Assembly (NCBI GenBank): GCA_951406725.2
Contig: OX597819.1
Span: 103,354,001 to 103,418,000, forward strand
Length of the DNA stretch: 64,000 nt
Reading direction: 5' to 3'
DNA from: Octopus vulgaris
Taxonomy: Eukaryota
Every line of letters begins with the position of its first letter. The first letter of the stretch is position 1. Of the stretch, positions 54,320 to 64,000 are shown piece after piece. A program made the translations under genes and the position numbers. A model generated the notes under the pieces. It made no database searches and had not been told where the DNA came from. It saw only the letters and a program-made list of their open reading frames with translations.

Positions 54320-54733
54320 ACGCATAAAAGACGTCGAACACATAGAGAGACGAAAAACATAGATACAAACCAAGGAACAGGACAAGAAAAAATGGAGTAC
54401 AGGACAATTAGCACAACGAAAAAACCCCTTCTTCAGTCGCTAAGGTTTCATCTACTCTACGTTTCGAAGGATAAAAGCGAGACGTATCTTCGAAGAAACT
54501 TCCTTCCTGCGAAAAGCAAATCAATTAAAATTCTGAGATCTTTTCGCAGAGGGGTAAAAAATGGTAAAAAAAAGCAAGACGGTAACGACAGTACAAACAT
54601 ATAAACAGTAAAAAATATATATATAAACAGTGGAAAAATAAATATATAACAGTAAGAGACAGGACAAGGAGAACAAGATAAGAAGGGCTGTTTACGCCAG
54701 ACGAAAAAAGTATTGCAAACGCTGGATTATAGT

Positions 54734-54735
<2 letters not shown>
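54320..54735 (-). mobile_element. Family P dispersed repeat nested in the 53.1-55.2 kb inverted-repeat interval
   Basis: Reverse-complement similarity to 1750-1965. Confidence 0.6.
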
Positions 54736-54770
<35 letters not shown>

Positions 54771-55159
54771 CATATACATACGCACATATACACATATACA
54801 TGCGTACACATACACACACACACACGCGCGCATCCATATATACACATAAGTACACACATGCGTAAAAGTATACATGTATTTATACATCTGCTTACACATA
54901 CACACACACACGCGCCTCCTTATGTTCATATACTTACATGCATACTCAAAAAATAAATAATAAAATATATATACGTGCAGTTATTCATATACATACATGC
55001 ATACTCGAAAAATAAATAATAAATATTAAATATATATACGTGCAGTTACCTATTATACAGACGGATACATACATATAAACTTACACATATATACCTATTT
55101 ACACATATGTATATATACATACATACATACATACATAACTCTACATACCTACATTATTC

Positions 55160-55206
55160 CTTCCTGATGATTTCTCTTGAATGAAACAGTTCTAGTCCTG
55201 TAGAAG
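55160..55206 (+). ncRNA. Type I hammerhead ribozyme motif (inverted copy of 53126-53176)
   Basis: cttc-CTGATGA-tttctcttgaat-GAAA-cagttctagtcctg-TA-gaag. Confidence 0.78.
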
Positions 55207-55291
55207 CTCCTTCTATATAATAAATTAATTTTACTCTGCTATGTATTGAGTACCTTATTTACTGTGGTTAACCCCGAATCAACCCGGGACC

Positions 55292-55350
<59 letters not shown>

Positions 55351-55396
55351 GAGAGAATGGAGTTGGACGACGAATTAACAAAATTCCTTTATTTTA

Positions 55397-55479
55397 TTTT
55401 CGACATATGTTTCGAAGGCTGCATATTCCTAATTTCGAAGGAATAAGGGGTGCATTATGCCGCCTTCTCATCAGGAAAA
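55397..55479 (-). ncRNA. Type I hammerhead ribozyme motif
   Basis: ttttc-CTGATGA-gaaggc...gccttc-GAAA-catatg-TC-gaaaa. Confidence 0.85.
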
Positions 55480-55577
55480 GTAAGGAACTTATGTCAGCAT
55501 CAAGATGCACAAAAATTTTTGTGTGGGCAGGCATCTAAAAGTTTTTGTGCATCTTGATGCTGAAATAAGTTCCTTAC

Positions 55578-55660
55578 TTTTCCTGATGAGAAGGCGGCAT
55601 AATGCACCCCTTATTCCTTCGAAATTAGGAATATGCATCCTTCGAAACATATGTCGAAAA
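55578..55660 (+). ncRNA. Type I hammerhead ribozyme motif
   Basis: ttttc-CTGATGA-gaagg...ccttc-GAAA-catatg-TC-gaaaa; palindromic stem III ACATATGT. Confidence 0.85.
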
Positions 55661-55858
55661 TAAAATAAAGGAATTTTGTTAATTCGTCGTTCAACTCCAT
55701 ACTTTCATTTATTTGTATTCAAAAAAACACACAAATTTCCACACGATAGCACGTGATCTCTGCCCTAGGCATGTAGCTTCAACCGTGTTTTTCTGACGTG
55801 AATTTGCTGTCCAGGTATCGGTTAACCGAATTATCCATAATAAGATAATTCATTCAAC

Positions 55859-55897
<39 letters not shown>

Positions 55898-55919
55898 CAC
55901 ATACATATATATAATATAT

Positions 55920-55975
<56 letters not shown>

Positions 55976-55982
<7 letters not shown>

Positions 55983-57482
55983 GACGTCATCAACGGTGCA
56001 AATAGCATCCACGCGAGAGATAGATACAAGTCGTGGACAAGAATTACAAAACAAAAACGAGTGAAATACGCAAACAACGAGAAAAAAATGGAAAACAGGA
56101 CAAATTAACACAGAAAAAAGACCCTTCATCAGTTGTCGTCTACCTATCTCCTCCTCATCGCGAGCATTCAAATGACAATATGTCTCTTCAAAGACAGTAG
56201 CTCCCATAAATTCTAAAATAAAATTTAGGATTTATGGAGGGTAAAATTTAGGAACAAAAGAATAACAGTGGAGATATAGAAGGGAACCGGACGAAAACTA
56301 ACATGGAGGTTCGTTAGACCGGAATAAGAGGAGAATAGTGAACACATGGAGAGACACTTTTGAAAAAAGAAAAGATAGAATAGAAAGAGAAAAATTGTCC
56401 AGTCGTTTAGATGTCCGAGCAGGAAAAGAAAGATTGTCACTTGAGGAGAAGAATGATGGACGATGGTCACATGTGAGCAACGAGAGAGAAAGAAGGGAAA
56501 GAGGGAAGAGAGGGAAAGACAGAAAACCGTGAAGGTGGGAGGGGAAAAATGGAATTAGAGAAGGATAGAGGAAGGAGGAAGTAAAGACGAGAGAAAGAAA
56601 ACAGTACAGAGTAGAGAGTCGCAAAATAAATAGGTGAAGATAAGCTTACCTGTGAATGGATGCGTTGCGATCAATTAAGTAAATAAATATAATATAATAT
56701 AATATAATATATATATATATATATATACATGCATATATGGGTACGGTACATCACCAACAGTGCAAATAACATACACAGCAGAGATAGATAAAAGAATGGA
56801 CAGTAATTACATGGCAAAAAACTGTGAAATACGTAAACAAGAAAAAATGGAAACCAACACAAGTTAACGCAGAAAAAGATACTTCATCTTTCTAATCCTC
56901 ATCTCGAACATTCAAACGACAATATGAGTATTCAAAGGCAGTAGCTCCCAAAATTCTACAAAAAATTTTTAGATTTATGAAGGGTCAAAGTTGGTGATGG
57001 GAGTTAACAGTGGAGGCAGACAAGGAAACCGTACGAAAACAGATATGAAAGCTCGTTAGAGCGGAATGGAAGGGAAATAGTGAACGCTGGGATAAGTTTT
57101 TTTAGAGAGAAAAGATAGAAGAGAGAGAGAGAGAGAGAAATGTCTAGTCGTTTAGACGTCTGAGCTCAAAAAGAAAGATGGTCATGTGAGAAAATGACGG
57201 ATGGACGTGTGAGAAACGAGAAAGAGAGAAAAAAGGGAACGAGGACAGACAGCAAACGGTGAAGGAGGGAGGGTGAGAAAGGGAATTAGAGAAAGATGGA
57301 GGAAAAGGAAGCAAAGACGTCATTTGAATGTTCGAAACATTGAGTAGATAGACAGCCGACAACTGATGAAGGGTCCTTTTTCTGTGTTAATTTGTCCTTA
57401 TTTCCATTTTTTTCTCGTGGTTTATATATTTCACTCCCTTTTGGCCTATAATTACTGTCTTGTATCTGTCTCTCATGCATGC
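55976..57482. mobile_element. Family P repeats: two diverged direct copies (55976-56660, 56740-57310) and an inverted copy (57318-57482)
   Basis: GTGCAAATA.CAT, CAGTAGCTCCCA, GTCGTTTAGA and ACCCTTCATCAGTTGTCG / CGACAACTGATGAAGGGT shared. Confidence 0.75.
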
Positions 57483-58225
57483 ATATATATAACAAAGTAA
57501 GGTTGCAAGGTACCGTACGAGTGAAAATATATATGAAAGAATGTCTGAAAATACAATTTTAAAAAATGTTATTCACTTGACCGGTTTCACTTTTTTAGAG
57601 AAAGATTGTCAAAAGTAAAATGTAAAGCTTTGTATGAGGTTTGTTGTGTTAAGTACTGGTTATCACAAAAGTATTAGAATGCATATATACATTCTTTGAT
57701 AATAATAAGAAAATGTTAAAAACAGTTTACAAAAAAATATTTAAGAAGGTAATCAGAACAGGACTCCAAAAGTATTTTGAGTTCAATAAAAATCCTGTTT
57801 CTTTCTCTCTTTCTCCCTCTCCCCGCCACACTCTCTCCTCTCTCTCTCTACTTCTTCTCTATATGTGCACGTGCAGGCAAAAACGCACGCACACACACAC
57901 ATGCACATACGCATACGCACACATACACATACACACGCTCACACACACACGCGCACTAGCACACACATATATATGCAATGCGCACGCGATTTGTATGCAC
58001 GCATTTTTGTATGTACATGTGAATACATGTACACATAAAGATCAAGTCTTATACAGTTTGATCTTTACATAAATTAGACTCTACTTATACTACAGAGTCA
58101 ACCCGCCCGCCATCAGTAAATGTTCCGCTGGCATTCTTAAACTTGCTTTTAAAATATTAACCTTATTGTAACATTTACACATGCACGCACACACATGCAT
58201 ATATATAAATATGTATATATATATC

Positions 58226-58278
<53 letters not shown>

Positions 58279-58295
58279 GTATATATATATGTATG

Positions 58296-58334
<39 letters not shown>

Positions 58335-58390
58335 ACATACATACATATATATACATATATATACATATACACATATATATATAAACATAT

Positions 58391-58423
<33 letters not shown>

Positions 58424-58436
58424 CATATAGATATAC

Positions 58437-58536
<100 letters not shown>

Positions 58537-58604
58537 TGAAAAACAATGATTCATTTTATTGCTACTCGGATATTCTCACGCACATGAGTATATATATATC
58601 TATA

Positions 58605-59848
58605 TCGGGTCATCCCATAAATAATGCGGTTTTTTAATACTTCATTTTTCAAAATTAAGAAAAAGTTCTAATTTAATCTAAAATATACGCTCCTTCTTTT
58701 TCTGCAATGCTCTTCGATCTATCTGGTAGACTTGCAAAGCCCCTCTTTCAAAATTCACTTCTCCATGACGAAAAATACTCCTCCCTCTCCCAGTACTGTT
58801 CTGACCTCGTCTACAGAATTGATCATTTTTCTGTCGAAATGATTTTGATGACTACGGAATAAATGATAATCAGATGGGGCAGTGTATCCCATTCAGACTG
58901 CTCCAATCTTTGGAATGTCATCCCCGCTGTGTGTGGCCGAACATTATCCTGATGAAGAACAACTTTCATCATGAAACCAAAGATGGTCATTTTTCCTCTA
59001 GCGCTCATTTAAGTCGCTCAAGCTACTCGCCGTAGACATCCTTTGTTATCGTGTGGTTTGGATTTAGCAGTTCCAAGTGGTCTAAGCCTTTCATATCTCA
59101 CCAAACAGATAACAGCACCTTACGTGGGTGAAGACCTTCTTTAGCCTGGGGTACCGGTGTTTCTCCTTTTCCTACCCACTGTCTTCGGCGCTCGATATTT
59201 TATAGAGAACCCATTTCATATTACCAGTCACTATTCGGTCCTCAAAAGGTTCATTCGTGAGACGAGACAGCAAAGCGGAGCATACATTTACTTTTTGCCC
59301 CTGATTAGACTCGGAAAGTTTGTAAGGAACCCATTGGCCCAGTTCGCTTACTTTTCCGATGGCACGCATGGTTGAATGACTAAACCTAAGCTTCTCTAAT
59401 AGTTACTCAACAGTTACGATGAGATTTTGCTCCAACAGATTTTCAGGTCGTCCTCATCGATCTCTACTGATCTTCCAGGACAAGGCTAGTCTTCTAGGTT
59501 GTAGTTTCCGGTTCGGAATTTCTGGAACCACCGCTGACACTGGCTTACGCTTATTTTTCAATTCATATATACTACATTAATATTCCTCGAACTTTACGCT
59601 GTGTTGTTGCCTTTATGGAAATCGTAAGGCAAAATATGCCGAATATGCTCCTTTGTCACTTCCATTATAGCTTTGAAAAAAATAACTGTTAGAATAGAAC
59701 TGCACTCTTCAAAACTTGCACTAAGAATAAAAGCAAGGTAAAATTACTACTTGCTTTTGTAGCAAGTTGATGCAGGTAGTTTATCCTGTCCCCCTCCAAA
59801 TTTTAGTTCATGCAATTGAAAAAATCGCATTAATTATGGGTCAAGCAA
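58605..59848 (-). mobile_element. Near full-length decayed mariner transposon
   Basis: TIRs TCGGGTCATCCCATAAATAATGCGGTTTT / AAAATCGCATTAATTATGGGTCAAGCAA with TA flanks; GQWVPYKLS, RIVTGNMKWVLY, LHQDNVRPH motifs. Confidence 0.92.
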
Positions 59849-59973
59849 TACACACACACACACACACACACACATACACACACACGCACACACACATATA
59901 TATATATAGTAGTAGTAGTAACAGAAAAGAGGAACTTCGATTATCCCCACGTGGTGGGTTGTAATGTATATAA

Positions 59974-60057
59974 ATATAAGAAATGAAAAAAGGAAAATAC
60001 GCACACTATATATATACATATATATATATGTGTGCGTATTTTCCTTTTTTTAAATTT

Positions 60058-60065
<8 letters not shown>
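59974..60065. repeat. Small inverted repeat around (TA)n
   Basis: AAAAAAGGAAAATACGCACAC ... GTGTGCGTATTTTCCTTTTTT. Confidence 0.8.
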
Positions 60066-60093
<28 letters not shown>

Positions 60094-61199
60094 GCTTGGG
60101 TTGTTTTAGTCAATATTGCGAATAATATCTGTGAGGCTTTTAACACCACCCTCTTGTGTTAATATAATCGGATTTTCTTGTAGATTCACTCAAAACTACT
60201 GTTCTCTTTTTTACGTTACCGTAGCGCATGAATTGAAGAGCCTTTTGTATATGTTGCGTATATGGGAGTATGGGGCACTATGTCCAGTTACATCTTAAAT
60301 TTCTTGGATTTGTTTACAGGGAGAAGTTTCATGGAAAGTGCAAATTAATCCACGTTAGTTTTCTCTACTTGGTTCTATCCTCTTCATTGCAAACTAATTA
60401 ACAAAAATATTAATTATTCTCCCAACCTACCATAAACAAATAAAACAAACACATTTCTCATTATTTCACAAGTGTCAATTCCAAAACTGCTTTCTGCAAA
60501 ATAAGCAAAGAATATAACTCCACACAGTACTACAGTCAGTGAGACGGGAGGCGACAAAAGAACCTTTACCTGGACACTGAATCTGCAAGAAATAGCAGTC
60601 AGATTTCGATCAAATCACATGCAACCGTATAAAGATAGCATGAATACATGAAGAATCATGTTGTTTGGCATTCACAATTCTTGAGATAAAAATGAATGTA
60701 GCTCCTATAATTTTTGCCATTGGTCAACAAGATTTGGACTAATTTCCGATTAAATGACAGCAACGATAACGTGGCAGTAACACTACAAGGACAATAATTT
60801 CGCGGACGGCGATTAGTCGGTAAGGTCGACTCCAGTGTTCACCGAGTAAAATGATTAGCAGTATTTCGTTTGTATTTATGGTCTGAGTTCAAATTCGAAT
60901 TTTCCCTTCATCCTCACAAGGGTGATAAACTAGGTAGCAGTTGAGCACTGAGATCGATGTAATCGAATTACCCACTTCCAGAAATTGCAGGCCTTCTGTC
61001 AAAACTTGAAATCAATATTGTGCAGTCGAGTTGGTTTTGAGTATTACTGAAATTTTTTTGCATTATTATATCAGCCCTCTTTGAATGAAAATGTTTTCAG
61101 ATTTATATCTTTTAGTCACTGATGCTGCTGCTGCTGTTGTTACTACTACTGCTGCAGAGATTTGTTGACGTTCCTCTAACTATTGTTTTTGACCCCAAA

Positions 61200-61431
61200 G
61201 GCAGCGGTCTGGCAGAAACGTTAGCACGCAGGGCGAAATGCGTAGCAGTATTTCGTCCGCCGTTACGTTCTAAGTTCAAATTCCGCCGAGGTCGACTTTA
61301 CCTTTCATCCTTTCGGGGTCGATAAATAAAGTACCAGTTTCGCACTGCGATCGATGTAATCGACTTAATCCCTTTTGTCTGTCCTTGTTTGTCCCCTCTA
61401 TGTTTAGCCCCTTGTGGGCAATAAAGAAATA
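61200..61431 (+). mobile_element. SINE family B, full length
   Basis: Matches 19212-19442; flanked by a direct repeat TTGTTTTTGACCCCA (probable target-site duplication). Confidence 0.92.
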
Positions 61432-61606
61432 TCTTGTTTTTGACCCCAGATAATATCAACAAAAAAGAAGTCCGACAGTCATTGTGATATTAAATACAGT
61501 ATATAGTAAAACGATACGGATGACAAGCGCTCCCATTTCGAAAATATATACACATATATATGCATACATATATACATCCATACACACATACACACACACA
61601 TACATA

Positions 61607-61925
61607 GGTGCAGGTGTGGCTGTGGTAACAAACTTGGTTCCAAAACACATGGTCCTGAGTTCAGTCCCACTGAGTGGTAACTTGGCATGTGTCTTCTGCT
61701 ATAGCCTGAGACCAACCAAAGGCTTGTCAGTGGATTTTGCAAACAGAAACTGAAAGAAATCAATTGTATGTATATGTATGAATATATGTAAGTCTATGTG
61801 TGTATCTTCGTGTTTCTCCCTCATCACTGCTTCACAACTGGTGTTCGTTTATTTACATCCCCATAACTTACTGGTTTCACAAGAAGAAACTGATAGAATA
61901 AATACCAGGCTTATCAAAATATAAA
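61607..61925 (+). mobile_element. SINE family A, diverged
   Basis: GGTGCAGGTGTGGCTGTGGTAAC...GAGTTCAGTCCCACTG...GATAGAATAAATACCAGGCTT. Confidence 0.8.
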
Positions 61926-62004
61926 AAAGCACTATGCAGTGTCTCATATTTTTGTTTGCCCACTCAGTTGTATCTATCAATGTATCTGTGTGTGTGTGTG
62001 TACA

Positions 62005-62130
<126 letters not shown>

Positions 62131-62258
62131 TATGTGTGTGTGTGGAAAATATACTATTAAATAAAATTACAGTCATTTTAGTATGTTGTAAGCATAAATA
62201 TATAGTGTCTTATAATTTTCTTAAACTTTAAAATTAAAATTTTAAAATATATAACTGT

Positions 62259-63100
62259 AAATTTTCAAAATCTACCGCAATCGCGCGATCTTCTCAGCAG
62301 CAAATATAAACTGCTGATTTAATTAGCCAAAAAATCATTAATTAAATAAATTTAATTTAATTTAATTAATTTGTTTACTAAAGTTTGCCGAAACTATGCA
62401 TAGTCCAGAGATGAAATGAGTAAACGTTTTTATTTCTCTTTCAATTTCAGAATTACAACTATTAGCGGTTTGAGTTTGGCTGCTCTTTCTAGTGAGTCGG
62501 ATGTCCTATTATGGCCATTCCTTATATTTTTGAATGTATATTATATAGTCTTTGACTATCCTTTCTTTCTCGCTGGACTGCTGGTAGCGGACAATTTTTT
62601 CTAGAATTTTTGCTACCCTTATATTTATTAATTAATGATTTTTTGGCTAATTTTGAAATTAAATCAGCAGTTTATATTTGCTGCTGAGAAGACCGCGTGA
62701 TTGCTGTAGATTTTGAAAATTTAGAGCATATAGACTGGAGGCTTCCTTACCATCACTTCGTGGATATATGTTCGTCCTTGGCTTCTCTGCTGACGAGGCA
62801 CGCCAGTTGTAAATAAATTTAATTTAATTTAATTAATTTGTTTACTAAAGTTTGCCGAAACTATGCATAGTCCAGAGATGAAAGGGGTAAACGTTTTTAT
62901 TTCTCTTTCAATGTCAGAATTACAACTATCAGCGGATTGAGTTTGGCTGCTCTTTCTAGAGAGTCGAATGTCCTATTATGGCCATTCCTTATATTTTTGA
63001 ATGTATATTATATAGTCTTTGACTATCTTTCCTTTCTCGCTGGACCGCTGGCAGCGGAGAAATTTTTCTAGAATTTTTTGATACCCTTATATTTATTAAT
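62259..63100 (+). mobile_element. Partial tandem (467 bp period) plus inverted segment; PLE pLTR or retrozyme-like
   Basis: 62344-62633 repeated at 62811-63100; 62259-62348 is inverted relative to 62623-62722. Confidence 0.88.
62784..62878 (+). ncRNA. Type I hammerhead ribozyme motif
   Basis: tctctg-CTGACGA-ggca...tgcc-GAAA-ctatgcatag-TC-cagaga: canonical core, 6-bp stem I, G-C closed stem II, palindromic stem III. Confidence 0.9.
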
Positions 63101-63112
63101 ATATATATATAT

Positions 63113-63316
63113 TCTTTTATTCTTTTACTTGTTTCAGTATTTTGACTGCAACCATGCTGGAGCACCGCCTTCAGTCAGACAAATCGGCCCCAGGACTTAT
63201 TCTTTTAAGCCTAGTATATATTCTATCGTTCTCTTTTGCCGAACCGCTAGCTAACACACCAACATCAGTTGTCAAGCGATGGTGGGGCGGACAAACATAT
63301 ACGCACACACACCACA

Positions 63317-63368
<52 letters not shown>

Positions 63369-63420
63369 AAACGGGCTTCTCTTAATTTCCGTCGACCAAA
63401 TCCACACGCAAGACTTTGAT
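63113..63420 (-). mobile_element. SINE family A, 5'-truncated
   Basis: CTTTTACTTGTTTCAGT...CCATGCTGGAGCACCGCC...TTTTGCCGAACCGCTA. Confidence 0.85.
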
Positions 63421-63432
63421 CGGCACGGTATC

Positions 63433-63522
<90 letters not shown>

Positions 63523-63664
63523 TGTGTTTGTGTGTGTGTATGTGTATGTTTGTGTGCTGTGTGTGTGTGTGTGTGTGTTTGTGTGGTGTGTGTGTGTGTA
63601 TACATACATACATACATATATACGTAACATATATATATATATGTGTGTGTGTGTTTGTGTGTGT

Positions 63665-63930
63665 GGAGGCACAGGATCGCGGCTTCGATTCTCAGACCGG
63701 GCGCTGTGAGTGTTTATTGAGCGAAAACACCTAAAAGCTTCACGACGCTCCGGCAGGGGGTGGTGATCCCTGCTGTACTCTTTCACCACTCTTTCTCCCA
63801 CTCTTTCTTCTGTCGGCCTGCTCGCTTAGCCAGCGGGGTGGCGTCATTCGAAGGCTAAAGCAATGCGAACGCATTGTGACCAGCGATGTGTAACAACATC
63901 TGATGGTCTGGTCGGTCACGTGATCACGTG

Positions 63931-63932
<2 letters not shown>
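63665..63932 (+). mobile_element. SINE-like family D
   Basis: B-box-like TTCGATTC near the 5' end, tail GGTCACGTGATCACGTGAT; second fragment at 52964. Confidence 0.75.
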
Positions 63933-63992
<60 letters not shown>

Positions 63993-64000
63993 GCAGAGAT

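Larger units (their letters stand above)
55347..55850. mobile_element. Inverted-repeat element (arms about 55347-55515 and 55542-55711) with 3' extension, between (TA)n tracts; PLE pLTR-like
   Basis: About 170 bp arms with few mismatches; each arm holds a hammerhead motif. Confidence 0.88.

Noticed and set aside
60090-60305. Possible CR1-like 3' fragment on the minus strand (KFKM*LDIVPHTP)
   Set aside because: Similarity too short and degraded to call

Overview
AT-rich, repeat-saturated eukaryotic DNA, most likely intergenic or intronic sequence from an octopus (inferred from the SINE families and the (TA)n/(CA)n/(GATA)n density). I found no credible host protein-coding exon, and almost all listed ORFs are translated microsatellites. 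Recognisable content: (i) many copies of at least four SINE families; (ii) a near full-length but decayed R4/Dong-type non-LTR retrotransposon plus a second fragment; (iii) CR1, RTE and Penelope-like (PLE) reverse-transcriptase fragments; (iv) four Tc1/mariner relics and a non-autonomous Helitron; (v) long palindromes and polypurine/polypyrimidine tracts. The most interesting signal is a set of short non-coding elements next to (TA)n tracts, arranged as inverted or partial-tandem repeats, that carry type I hammerhead ribozyme motifs. Five motifs from three unrelated families have canonical cores (53126, 55160, 55397, 55578, 62784), and five more are variant or decayed. This fits PLE pseudo-LTRs or retrozyme-like non-autonomous elements. 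All calls were made by eye; coordinates are approximate and no activity is shown.
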